Positions 17,581 through 26,682 are shown, counted from the stretch's first letter. The stretch is DNA of 64,000 nt from an uncultured Mollicutes bacterium (GCA_900540365.1 UQFN01000004.1:51362-115361), one strand, 5' to 3'. The notes: generated by a model from the letters alone, not told the origin. Numbers and translations: made by a program.

Positions 17581-19008
17581 ATGGAAATTAAAAATAAAGA
17601 AATTACAAGTAGAGATGTAGATTTTGCTCAATGGTATACTGATGTTTGTAAAAAAGCTGAATTAATGGATTATAGTGAAGTTAAAGGCTTTATTATATAT
17701 CGTCCTTATGGCTATGCTATTTGGGAAGAAATACAAAATTATTTAAACAAAGAATTTAAGAAAACAGGACACGAAAATGTTTATATGCCACTAGTTATTA
17801 ATGAATCTTTATTTAATAAAGAAAAAGAGCATGTTGAAGGATTTGCTCCTGAAACTTTAATTGCTACAATTGGTGGAAAAGAAGAAATTCAAGATCGTTT
17901 AATTATTCGTCCAACCAGCGAATGTTTATTTACAAATCACTATGCTCATATTATTAAGAGTTATCGTGACTTGCCTAAATTATATAATCAATGGTGTAGC
18001 GTTGTTAGATGGGAAAAAACAACTCGTCCATTTTTAAGAGGAAGTGAATTTTTATGGCAAGAAGGCCATACAATGCATGCTTCTAGTGTCGAAGCAAAAG
18101 AAGAAGCATTAAAAATGCTTGAAATATACGACAAAATGGGAAAAGACTTACTTGCTATACCATTTATGAAAGGAAGAAAAACAGATAAGGAAAAATTTGC
18201 TGGAGCACTTGAGACATATTCAATAGAAGCTTTAATGCATGATGGAAAAGCGCTTCAAAGTGGCACTACCCACTATTTTGGTGATGGATTTGCTAAGGCT
18301 TTTGGAGTCGAATATTTGGATAAAGATGGTAAATTAAAAAATCCATATCAAACTAGTTGGGGAGTATCAACTCGTTTAATTGGAAGTATTATTATGGTTC
18401 ATGGAGACGATAATGGATTAGTTTTACCTCCATTTGTAGCTCCAACACAAATTGTTATAGTTCCAATTCAAATTGCTAAACCTGGTGTCTTAAAAAGATG
18501 TAAAGAAGTTAAAGAGTTGTTAGAAAAGGCTAATTATAGAGTAAAACTTGATGATTCAGATAAAACACCAGGATGGAAATTTAGTGAATACGAAATGAAA
18601 GGTGTTCCTTTAAGAATTGAAATAGGCCCTAAAGATCTTGAAAAAGAGCAATGTGTTTTAGTTAGAAGAGTTGATCATGAAAAGAAATTTGTTAAACTTG
18701 ATAACTTACTTGATGAAATTAAAGATGAACTTAATAATATTCATGATTTAATGTATAAAAAAGCATTAAATTTCTTATTAAATAATATACATGAAGTTCA
18801 CTCATTAGAGGAATTAAAAAGTGCTTTAGATCAAGGCGGATATGCCAAAATGATGTGGTGTGGCGAGCAAATTTGTGAAGATAAAATTAAAGAATTGTAT
18901 CAAGCAACAGCACGCTGTATTCCTTTTGATCAAATTGCTTTTGATGATACTTGCCCAGTGTGTGGTAAAAAAGCAAAATATGTAGTTTTGTTTGCTAGAG
19001 CTTATTAA
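17581..19008 (+). CDS. proS: Proline--tRNA ligase, archaeal/eukaryote-like architecture (no editing insertion, C-terminal zinc-binding domain)
   Basis: The ORF track start at 17569 sits inside the RBS (ATGGAGG). The ATG at 17581 gives MEIKNKEITSRDVDFAQWYTDV. The protein is about 475 aa and ends ...CPVCGKKAKYVVLFARAY with a terminal Tyr. Confidence 0.9.
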   Translation: MEIKNKEITSRDVDFAQWYTDVCKKAELMDYSEVKGFIIYRPYGYAIWEEIQNYLNKEFKKTGHENVYMPLVINESLFNKEKEHVEGFAPETLIATIGGKEEIQDRLIIRPTSECLFTNHYAHIIKSYRDLPKLYNQWCSVVRWEKTTRPFLRGSEFLWQEGHTMHASSVEAKEEALKMLEIYDKMGKDLLAIPFMKGRKTDKEKFAGALETYSIEALMHDGKALQSGTTHYFGDGFAKAFGVEYLDKDGKLKNPYQTSWGVSTRLIGSIIMVHGDDNGLVLPPFVAPTQIVIVPIQIAKPGVLKRCKEVKELLEKANYRVKLDDSDKTPGWKFSEYEMKGVPLRIEIGPKDLEKEQCVLVRRVDHEKKFVKLDNLLDEIKDELNNIHDLMYKKALNFLLNNIHEVHSLEELKSALDQGGYAKMMWCGEQICEDKIKELYQATARCIPFDQIAFDDTCPVCGKKAKYVVLFARAY

Positions 19009-19016
19009 ATTTAATA

Positions 19017-19066
19017 AAATATCCTTAATTTGCAGACTTTTTTGTCAAAAAAGGATATTTTTTATT
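19017..19066 (+). terminator. Terminator after proS; its loop carries repeat-family copy E (TTGCAGACTTTTTTGTCAAAAAAGG)
   Basis: AAAATATCCTT 19017-19027 pairs with AAGGATATTTT 19052-19062, followed by a T-run. Confidence 0.65.
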
Positions 19067-19113
19067 TCTAAAACACTTTAAAATTTTTATTTTAAAAAAT
19101 ATAAAGTTTTTTC

Positions 19114-19142
19114 TTTACAATATAAAAAGTTCCTTTTATAAT
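19114..19142 (+). promoter_or_regulatory. Promoter of the marR-ABC operon (TTTACA-17-TATAAT)
   Basis: The -35 is at 19114-19119 and a perfect -10 at 19137-19142, with a 17 nt spacer. Confidence 0.6.
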
Positions 19143-19146
19143 ACAA

Positions 19147-19164
19147 TAGTTCGGATACGAACTA
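19147..19164. promoter_or_regulatory. Inverted repeat TAGTTCG-GATA-CGAACTA, candidate MarR operator
   Basis: Perfect 7-bp arms lie 5 nt downstream of the -10 and overlap the predicted transcription start, 9 nt upstream of the marR ATG. Confidence 0.55.
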
Positions 19165-19172
19165 AGTTAATT

Positions 19173-19613
19173 ATGGAAGGCATTGCATTAAGAAAAATTA
19201 GAATCTTATTTAACTATATTCGACGCGAATGGAATAACAAAGCCAAAGAATTCGGATTTAGTGGTTTTCAGTGTAGAATTTTACATATTTTATATTTAAG
19301 ATCATCTAATAATATTGAAACAGTTCAAAAAGATTTAGAAAAATTATTTAATTCTTCAAAATCTGGAATGTGCGAGATTCTTATTGCAATGGAAAACAAT
19401 GAATTAATTAAAAGAATTGATTCATCTAATTCAAGAGCTAAACAAATAGTTTTAACTAAAAAAGGCCTTGATATCCATGAGAAAACTAGTTCTATTGGTC
19501 TTGAATTGGAAAAAGTTGTTACTCAAAACATTACAAAAGAAGAATTTGAAGTTTTTTTAAATGTTATGAATACGATGATTTCTAATTTAGGAGGAGAAGA
19601 CTTTAATGATTGA
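19173..19613 (+). CDS. MarR-family transcriptional regulator
   Basis: 146 aa. It has a winged-HTH pattern (...VQKDLEKLFNSSKSGMCEILIAMENNELIKRIDSSNSRAKQIVLTKKG) and sits upstream of the ABC exporter genes. Confidence 0.75.
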   Translation: MEGIALRKIRILFNYIRREWNNKAKEFGFSGFQCRILHILYLRSSNNIETVQKDLEKLFNSSKSGMCEILIAMENNELIKRIDSSNSRAKQIVLTKKGLDIHEKTSSIGLELEKVVTQNITKEEFEVFLNVMNTMISNLGGEDFND

Positions 19614-19627
19614 TAAGGGAGGAATAT

Positions 19628-21454
19628 ATGAAGAAAAAAGAAAGTAAATTAAATTTTATTCACAAATTTAGATACTTGCTTCGTTCAACAAGAGAGTACA
19701 AGAAGTATGCTTTTTTATCTATTGGATTCATTCTTGGCGAAACTATTATCGAATGTATAATCCCATATGTAATGATGTGTTTAATCGATGTATTGGAAGG
19801 ATTTATAGGTGCTGAAGTTACAGATGTCTTAAAACATGATGCTTTAATGAACGTCATCTTATATGGATCAATATTGTTTGTTTTAGGAATTTTATCTTTA
19901 GTTTGTGGAATTATTGCTGGTAGAATGAGCGCTATTGCAAGTGCTGGATTTGCTAAAAATTTAAGAAGTGATGAATTTAAAAAGATTGTTTCATTTTCAT
20001 TTAATAATATTGATAAATTTTCAACTTCATCTTTGATTACTCGTCAAACTACTGATATAGGTAATATTCAATTAGCTTTTATGCTTATGATTAGAATTGC
20101 TGTAAGAGCACCATTTATGTTCATATTCTCATTTGTAATGTCTTTAGTAGTTGCTACAAAGATAAGTTGGATATTCTTAATTACAATTCCATTTATTGTA
20201 ATTATTTTAGGATTGCTTATTCCTGCAGCTACCAAATTGTTTGTTAAATTATTTAGAAAATACGATGATTTGAACGAATTAACCGAAGAAAATGTTCACG
20301 GAATGAGAGTTGTTAAAACTTATGCTCGTGAAGATTATGAAAAAGAAAAATTTAAAGAACAATCTGGAATTATGGGCAAAGGTTTCCAAAAAGTTGAACA
20401 ATTAATGAGTGCTATAAATCCATCAATGCAAGCAGTTATGTATTTATCAATGTGTTTGATTTTATTTTGTGGAAGTATTTTAGCTATTAACGAAGGAATC
20501 GCTTTTGGTATCGTCGATAATACTTTTGGAGTTGCTAATATCTCATCGATGATTACATATTCTGCTCAAGTTTTATCCTCGTTAATGATGGTTGCCATGG
20601 TTATGTTTATGATTATTATGGCCGTTCCAGCAATTAACCGTGTTTATGAAGTTTTAACTGAAGTACCTTCAATTAAAAATAATGATAATCCAATTTATGA
20701 AGTCAAAAACGGAAATATTGATTTCGAAAATGTCTCTTTTAAATATAAACCTGAAGCTGAAAAATATGCTTTGGCAAATATTAATTTACATATTAAAAAT
20801 GGACAAACTGTTGGTATTATCGGTGGAACTGGATCATCTAAATCAACATTAGTTAATTTATTATCAAGATTTTATGATGCTAGTGTTGGTAGCGTTAAAA
20901 TTGGTGGAGTAGATGTTAAAGAATATGACATTAAAACCTTACGTGATAATGTCGCTATGGTTCTCCAAAAGAATGTTTTGTTTTCAGGAACTATCAAAGA
21001 CAATCTTAGATGGGGAAATGCAAATGCGACAGATGAAGAAATTATTAAAGCTTGTCAAATTTCACAAGCAGATTCATTTATTGAAACTTTTCCTGACAAA
21101 TATGATACACGGATTGAACAAGGTGGAGTAAATGTTTCTGGCGGTCAACGTCAAAGACTTTGTATTGCTAGAGCCTTATTAAAAAATCCTAAAGTATTAA
21201 TTCTTGATGATTCAACAAGTGCTGTAGACACAAAAACTGATGCTTTCATTCGCAAAGGATTTAAAGACTATTTACCTAATATTACAAAAATTATTATTGC
21301 TCAAAGAGTTTCATCAGTTCAAGACGCTGATATGATTATCGTTATGGATAATGGTGAAATTAATGGTATTGGAACTCATGATGAACTTTTGAAAAATAAT
21401 AAAATTTATCAAGAAGTATTTGAAATTCAAAATAGAATAGGAGGCGCTCACTAA
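19628..21454 (+). CDS. ABC exporter permease/ATPase half-transporter, degenerate-site subunit
   Basis: The ORF track start at 19610 is a TTG. AAGGGAGGA followed by the ATG at 19628 is the better start. Motifs are Walker A GGTGSSKST, signature VSGGQRQR, Walker B LILDDSTS (D instead of the catalytic E) and H-loop IAQR (Q instead of H). Confidence 0.88.
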   Translation: MKKKESKLNFIHKFRYLLRSTREYKKYAFLSIGFILGETIIECIIPYVMMCLIDVLEGFIGAEVTDVLKHDALMNVILYGSILFVLGILSLVCGIIAGRMSAIASAGFAKNLRSDEFKKIVSFSFNNIDKFSTSSLITRQTTDIGNIQLAFMLMIRIAVRAPFMFIFSFVMSLVVATKISWIFLITIPFIVIILGLLIPAATKLFVKLFRKYDDLNELTEENVHGMRVVKTYAREDYEKEKFKEQSGIMGKGFQKVEQLMSAINPSMQAVMYLSMCLILFCGSILAINEGIAFGIVDNTFGVANISSMITYSAQVLSSLMMVAMVMFMIIMAVPAINRVYEVLTEVPSIKNNDNPIYEVKNGNIDFENVSFKYKPEAEKYALANINLHIKNGQTVGIIGGTGSSKSTLVNLLSRFYDASVGSVKIGGVDVKEYDIKTLRDNVAMVLQKNVLFSGTIKDNLRWGNANATDEEIIKACQISQADSFIETFPDKYDTRIEQGGVNVSGGQRQRLCIARALLKNPKVLILDDSTSAVDTKTDAFIRKGFKDYLPNITKIIIAQRVSSVQDADMIIVMDNGEINGIGTHDELLKNNKIYQEVFEIQNRIGGAH

Positions 21455-21455
21455 T

Positions 21456-23357
21456 ATGAAATCGAAAAAACATGTTCTTATTAGATGTATTGTAGATTAT
21501 TACAAAGCTCATCCAGTTGCTTTAACGATTGCTACTTTATGTGTTTTTCTTTCTGCACTTGGAGCAATTGTAGCTCCTTTAATGATTCAAAGAGTTACAA
21601 ATTTAATTGCTGAAGCAATTAAAGCCGGTTCTTTTGATGTAATTAAAGATCAATTCAATTTATTTTTAATTATATTAGTTTCTTCTTATTTAATATCTTT
21701 AATTGGTGGATTTACTTATTCTCAAATTACTGCTAGATGTGCTCAAAAATATATGCATGAATTAAGATGTAGATTATTTGATCACATGCAAGATTTACCA
21801 ATTAAATATTTTGATACACATGATAAAGGCGAAATTATGTCAACATTTACTAACGATGTTGATACAATTAGACAACTTTTATCTCAATCAATTACAACTA
21901 TTTTAATTTGTGGAGTAACTTTTATTTCAATTTTTGTTATTATGCTTTATTCTTCTGTTTACTTATCTTTAATAGTAATTGTTGGAGCAGTTGCAATGGT
22001 ATTTGTTACTAAAAATATTGGTGGAAGAAGTGCTAAAAACTTCCGTGCTCAACAAGCTGTGCTTGCTAAGGAAGAAGGTTATGTAGAAGAAATGATGCAT
22101 GGCTTAAAAGTAATTAAATCATTTACTCATGAAGAAGAATGTAAAAAAGATTTTGAAAAATATATTACTGATTTACAAACTGTTAGCAGAGATGCTAATA
22201 AATTTGCAAATATTTTAATGCCTATTATGGGTAATATTGGTAACCTTCTTTACATCATTATCGCAGTTGTAGCTACTATTTTATTTATTTTTGACGTTCC
22301 AAGTTTAGATATTACTGGTTACCACGTAGATGAAACAATTTCAATTGGTATTATTGTTAGCTTCTTACCAATGGTTAGACAATTTACTAATAACGTTAGT
22401 GAAGTTGCAAACCAAATTAATCCAATTGCTATGGCAATAGGAGGAACTTCAAGAGTTTATGAACTTTTAGATGAAGAAGTTGAAGTTGATAATGGTTATG
22501 TTACTTTAGTTATGGGTAAATACGATGAAAACGGAAATATTGTTGAATGTTCTCGTAAAGAACATACTTTATGGGCTTGGAAACATCCTCATCAAGCAGA
22601 TGGCACAATTACATATACTTTATTACAAGGTGATATTAGAATGTTTAATGTTGATTTTGGATATGTTCCAAATAAGATTGTCTTACATGATGTTTCTTTA
22701 TATGCTAAACCAGGACAAAAAATCGCTTTTGTTGGAGCAACTGGTGCTGGAAAAACAACCATTACTAATTTAATTAATAGATTTTACGATATCGCTGATG
22801 GAAAAATTCGTTACGATGGAATTAATATTAATAAAATAAAGAAAAAAGATTTAAGAAAATCTTTAGGTATGGTTTTGCAAGATACCAATTTATTTAGTGG
22901 AACTATTATGGATAATATTCGTTTTGGTCGCTTAGATGCTACTGATGAAGAATGTATCGCAGCTGCTAAACTTGCTAATGCTGATTCATTTATTTCTAGA
23001 TTACCTCAAGGATATAACACATATATTAAAGGAAATGGATCTTCAATTTCTCAAGGACAAGCTCAATTACTATCAATTGCTAGAGCGGCTGTAAGTGGAT
23101 GTCCTGTATTAATTCTTGATGAAGCTACATCCTCAATTGATACCCGTACTGAACAAATTGTTCTTAAAGGCATGGAAAATTTAATGAAAGGAAAGACTGT
23201 CTTCTTAATTGCTCATAGACTTTCAACAATTCAAGATGCTGAAGCAATCATGGTTCTTGACCATGGTCGAATAATTGAAAGAGGTACTCACGAAGACTTA
23301 ATTAAGCAAAAAGGAATGTATTATCAACTTTATACCGGTGTCTTCGAACTTGAATAA
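21456..23357 (+). CDS. ABC exporter permease/ATPase half-transporter, consensus-site subunit
   Basis: 633 aa. Motifs are Walker A GATGAGKTT, Walker B LILDEATS, H-loop IAHR and a degenerate signature SISQGQ. An insertion of about 45 aa precedes the NBD. Confidence 0.88.
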   Translation: MKSKKHVLIRCIVDYYKAHPVALTIATLCVFLSALGAIVAPLMIQRVTNLIAEAIKAGSFDVIKDQFNLFLIILVSSYLISLIGGFTYSQITARCAQKYMHELRCRLFDHMQDLPIKYFDTHDKGEIMSTFTNDVDTIRQLLSQSITTILICGVTFISIFVIMLYSSVYLSLIVIVGAVAMVFVTKNIGGRSAKNFRAQQAVLAKEEGYVEEMMHGLKVIKSFTHEEECKKDFEKYITDLQTVSRDANKFANILMPIMGNIGNLLYIIIAVVATILFIFDVPSLDITGYHVDETISIGIIVSFLPMVRQFTNNVSEVANQINPIAMAIGGTSRVYELLDEEVEVDNGYVTLVMGKYDENGNIVECSRKEHTLWAWKHPHQADGTITYTLLQGDIRMFNVDFGYVPNKIVLHDVSLYAKPGQKIAFVGATGAGKTTITNLINRFYDIADGKIRYDGININKIKKKDLRKSLGMVLQDTNLFSGTIMDNIRFGRLDATDEECIAAAKLANADSFISRLPQGYNTYIKGNGSSISQGQAQLLSIARAAVSGCPVLILDEATSSIDTRTEQIVLKGMENLMKGKTVFLIAHRLSTIQDAEAIMVLDHGRIIERGTHEDLIKQKGMYYQLYTGVFELE

Positions 23358-23361
23358 TTAG

Positions 23362-23395
23362 TTTAGGAACTAGGGAATCGTTCCTAGTTCCTAAA
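23362..23395 (+). terminator. 13-bp hairpin after the ABC operon (TTTAGGAACTAGG/CCTAGTTCCTAAA)
   Basis: The stem is perfect, but no clean T-tract follows. Confidence 0.5.
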
Positions 23396-23405
23396 TAAAA
23401 AGTAA

Positions 23406-23434
23406 TTGTATAAATTTAAGAAATTTGCTAATAT
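23406..23434 (+). promoter_or_regulatory. Candidate promoter of tRNA-Ser(GCU) (TTGTAT-17-TAATAT)
   Basis: The spacing and position (about 18 nt upstream of the tRNA 5' end) are appropriate. Confidence 0.4.
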
Positions 23435-23451
23435 AGAAAAGCACAATTGCT

Positions 23452-23542
23452 GGAGTAATACCCAAGTTGGTGAAGGGGCTTCCCTGCTAAGGAAGTAGAC
23501 GTCGCAAGGCGTGCGAGAGTTCGAGTCTCTCTTACTCCGCCA
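23452..23542 (+). tRNA. tRNA-Ser (anticodon GCU), encoded CCA
   Basis: The sequence reads GGAGTAA...CTTCC CTGCTAA GGAAG, then a long variable arm, GAGAG TTCGAGT CTCTC and TTACTCC GCCA. Confidence 0.93.
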
Positions 23543-23555
23543 TCATAAAAAGATT

Positions 23556-23588
23556 AATCTGATACTTACAAAGTATCAGATTTTTTTA
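23556..23588 (+). terminator. Rho-independent terminator after tRNA-Ser(GCU)
   Basis: AATCTGATACT pairs with AGTATCAGATT, followed by T7. Confidence 0.8.
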
Positions 23589-23600
23589 TTTTTAATGAAC

Positions 23601-23615
23601 TTTTAGACACTTTTT
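23601..23615 (+). repeat. Intergenic 3'-end repeat, copy B (TTTTAGACACTTTTT)
   Basis: The 15-nt core is identical to the cores at 15547-15561 and 55559-55573. Confidence 0.7.
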
Positions 23616-23830
23616 ATTGAAATTTCACATATTTTAATCCCATGATTTTCTAATATTAAAAAGATCACATAAGATTTTAAATTGATTAAAACAATTAATT
23701 TAAAAGCATTTAATCCTATAAAATAATTAGAAGTTAAACTTAAATGCCGCGTATCTTCCTATATTTTCTATTTAAGATTGTTAATATAATTGCTTTCTTT
23801 ACTGAAAAATAAGTACTATAAATATTAATA

Positions 23831-23858
23831 AAAAAACGCTCAATTAGTATGAGCGTTT
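23831..23858 (-). terminator. Rho-independent terminator of the minus-strand membrane-protein gene
   Basis: On the minus strand, AAACGCTCA pairs with TGAGCGTTT and is followed by T7. Confidence 0.75.
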
Positions 23859-23903
23859 AATTATAAAAATAGATATTTTTGTAAAAAAGCCTGTAAAAGT
23901 CAA

Positions 23904-24425
23904 TTATTTTTTTAATTTTATTAAAGTAATAATTAAACAATAGACACCATAAATTGCTAATAAGACACCAAAGATTACCCAAAGATATGTTCTAAAATCA
24001 TCCCACAAGATGAACATTAAACCAAAAGCTAATAAGATTAATCCAATAACAAGTTCAGCAATTGCAACATTATAATTTTTTCTTACAAATCTAATTAAAG
24101 AATCAACTATAAATAATGCACCAATAGTAGTAATTGCGACAATAATTATTTGAATTAAGATAGCAACTGGAGTGATATATTTAGCAAATATAGCAATACC
24201 TAGTCCAACTAAAATTGCACCTAAAATTCCTAAAGGCAATAATAAAGTAATTGACTTTGTTAATAATAAAGAGCGAACTACCAAAAATAATCCGAAGACT
24301 AAAATAGCTGTTGCAAGTAAGTATTCAAGAATACTTTGTTGAATAATCGAACAGGCAATTAATACTCCAACAATAATTAGTAATATTGACTCAACTATTT
24401 GATATACACTTTGTTTTTTCATCAA
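23904..24425 (-). CDS. Small integral membrane protein (about 6 TM segments; DUF308/HdeD-like repeat pattern)
   Basis: 173 aa and almost entirely hydrophobic, with repeated G-x3-I/L-x2-G-type helices. It has its own terminator. Confidence 0.45.
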   Translation of the reverse strand: MMKKQSVYQIVESILLIIVGVLIACSIIQQSILEYLLATAILVFGLFLVVRSLLLTKSITLLLPLGILGAILVGLGIAIFAKYITPVAILIQIIIVAITTIGALFIVDSLIRFVRKNYNVAIAELVIGLILLAFGLMFILWDDFRTYLWVIFGVLLAIYGVYCLIITLIKLKK

Positions 24426-24489
24426 TTTTCCTCCTAAAAGTAATTATAGATTTCTTTTAATCAAAAAGAAAATAATAAATAAAAAAATT

Positions 24490-24516
24490 TTAGCACTCTC
24501 AGTTGACAAGTGCTAA
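24490..24516 (+). promoter_or_regulatory. CIRCE element (HrcA operator) upstream of clpB
   Basis: TTAGCACTC-N9-AAGTGCTAA differs from the consensus TTAGCACTC-N9-GAGTGCTAA at one position. Confidence 0.85.
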
Positions 24517-24530
24517 AAATGATTTATAAT
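24503..24530 (+). promoter_or_regulatory. clpB promoter (TTGACA-16-TATAAT) overlapping CIRCE
   Basis: The -35 at 24503-24508 lies inside the CIRCE spacer. The -10 is at 24525-24530. Confidence 0.7.
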
Positions 24531-24555
24531 ACTTAATGAAAAGGAGGACAAAATT

Positions 24556-26673
24556 ATGAATATGAACGGAATGCAAGATTATCAAAATGATGAAAATATT
24601 CTTGAAAAATTTGGAAGAAATATAACCGATGAAGTCAAGAAAAATAAAGTTGATCCAGTAATTGGTAGAGATGAAGAAATTCGTAAAATCATTACTGTAT
24701 TAGCAAGAAAAACAAAAAATAATGTTATCCTTTTAGGTGAACCTGGTGTTGGTAAAACAGCAATTATTGAAGGTTTAGCACAACGTATAGTTTCAAACGA
24801 TGTTCCTTTAACTTTAAAAGATAAAGAAATTTTTGAACTCGATATGGGTTCTTTAATCGCCGGAGCAAAATATCAAGGTGAATTTGAGGAAAGACTCAAA
24901 GCAGTTTTAAATAAAGTTAAAGAAAGTAATCATAAAATTATTATGTTTATTGATGAAATCCATTTAATTGTTGGAGCTGGAAGAACTCAAGGTGCAATGG
25001 ATGCTTCTAATATGCTTAAACCAATGCTTGCTAGAGGAGAAATTGATTGTATAGGAGCAACAACTCTTAATGAATATCGTGAATATATTGAAAAAGATCG
25101 CGCTCTTGAAAGAAGATTCCAACCAGTAATGATTGGTGAACCTACTAAAGAAGATACTTTATCAATATTAAGAGGTTTAAAAGACCGTTTTGAATCACAT
25201 CACGGTGTAAAAATTACTGATAACGCTTTAGTTGCAGCAGTAAATTATAGTGTTAGATATATAACTAATCGTTTTTTGCCTGATAAAGCGATTGATTTAA
25301 TTGACGAAGCTTGTGCAGAAACAAGAGTAGAAATTGAATCAATGCCAAGTGAACTTGATGATGTGAATCGTAAAATTAGACAACTTGAAATTGAAAAACT
25401 TGCTCTTGAACAAGAAAAAGATGAACAATCTAAAGTGAGATTAAATAAGTTAAAAGATGAACTTTCAAATTTACAAATAGAAAGTGAAAAACTAACTGCT
25501 AAATGGCAAAAAGAAAAAATTGATATTGAAAATGCTAAATCTTATAAAAATAAGCTCGAAAGTTTAAACTTTGAATTAAATCAAGCTTATAACCGTGGAG
25601 ATTTTAAAAGAGCTAGTGAAATTCAATATAAAGAAATTCCTAATGTTAAAAATCAATTAGAAATAATTGAAAATTCTTCTAAAGATGTTAAAAAATTGTT
25701 AAGTGATGAAATTACTGAAGAAAATATTGCTAGTATTGTCAGTAAAATGACAAATATTCCTGTTTCTAGGATTATTAAAGGCGATAAAGAAAGAGTATTA
25801 AATCTTAATAATGTTTTAAAAAGAAGAGTAATTGGACAAGATCAAGCAATCAATCTTGTTAGTGATGCGATTTTACGTCAAAGAGCAGGTATTAAAGATC
25901 AAAATCGTCCAATTGGTAGTTTCTTATTTTTAGGACCTACTGGAGTTGGTAAAACTGAAGTTGCTAAAGCTTTAGCTGAAGCTTTGTTTGATAGTGAAAC
26001 TCATATTATTCGAATTGATATGAGTGAATATATGGAAAAATTTAGTGTTTCACGTTTACTTGGAGCTCCTCCAGGTTATGTTGGTTATGAAGAAGGTGGA
26101 CAATTAACTGAGCCAGTTAGAAGAAATCCTTATTCAATAGTCTTATTTGATGAAATCGAAAAAGCTAATCCTGAAGTTTATAATGTTTTATTACAAATTA
26201 TGGATGATGGAAGATTAACAGATTCTCAAGGAAGAGTAGTTGATTTTAGAAATACTATCATTATTATGACTAGTAATTTAGGTAGTGAAGAAATTTTAAA
26301 AGGAAATCAAGCTGGAGTTGATAAACTATTACATAGTTACTTCAAACCTGAATTTTTGAACCGTATTGATGAAATTGTTTACTTTAATTTCTTAACTAAA
26401 GATGTTCAAATTAAGATTGCTAAGAAAATGCTTGATGACTTTTCTAAACGTCTTAGTGATGAATATTATAAAATTGTTTTTGATGAAAGTGTTGTGCATT
26501 ATGTGATTGATAGTGCTTTTGATGAAGAGTTTGGAGCGCGTCCTTTAAGAAGATTTATTCAACATAATATTGAAACAATTCTTGCTAAAAAAATTATAAA
26601 TGAAGAATTAAAAGTAAATACACCATATTTATGCACTTATAAAAATGGTGAATTAGAAATTAATAAAATATAA
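24556..26673 (+). CDS. clpB: ATP-dependent chaperone ClpB lacking the N-terminal domain
   Basis: 705 aa. It has two AAA modules (GEPGVGKT and GPTGVGKT) with a coiled-coil middle domain between them. Only about 16 aa precede [29 protein letters not shown]. Confidence 0.92.
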   Translation: MNMNGMQDYQNDENILEKFGRNITDEVKKNKVDPVIGRDEEIRKIITVLARKTKNNVILLGEPGVGKTAIIEGLAQRIVSNDVPLTLKDKEIFELDMGSLIAGAKYQGEFEERLKAVLNKVKESNHKIIMFIDEIHLIVGAGRTQGAMDASNMLKPMLARGEIDCIGATTLNEYREYIEKDRALERRFQPVMIGEPTKEDTLSILRGLKDRFESHHGVKITDNALVAAVNYSVRYITNRFLPDKAIDLIDEACAETRVEIESMPSELDDVNRKIRQLEIEKLALEQEKDEQSKVRLNKLKDELSNLQIESEKLTAKWQKEKIDIENAKSYKNKLESLNFELNQAYNRGDFKRASEIQYKEIPNVKNQLEIIENSSKDVKKLLSDEITEENIASIVSKMTNIPVSRIIKGDKERVLNLNNVLKRRVIGQDQAINLVSDAILRQRAGIKDQNRPIGSFLFLGPTGVGKTEVAKALAEALFDSETHIIRIDMSEYMEKFSVSRLLGAPPGYVGYEEGGQLTEPVRRNPYSIVLFDEIEKANPEVYNVLLQIMDDGRLTDSQGRVVDFRNTIIIMTSNLGSEEILKGNQAGVDKLLHSYFKPEFLNRIDEIVYFNFLTKDVQIKIAKKMLDDFSKRLSDEYYKIVFDESVVHYVIDSAFDEEFGARPLRRFIQHNIETILAKKIINEELKVNTPYLCTYKNGELEINKI

Positions 26674-26682
26674 CGAATTTTA

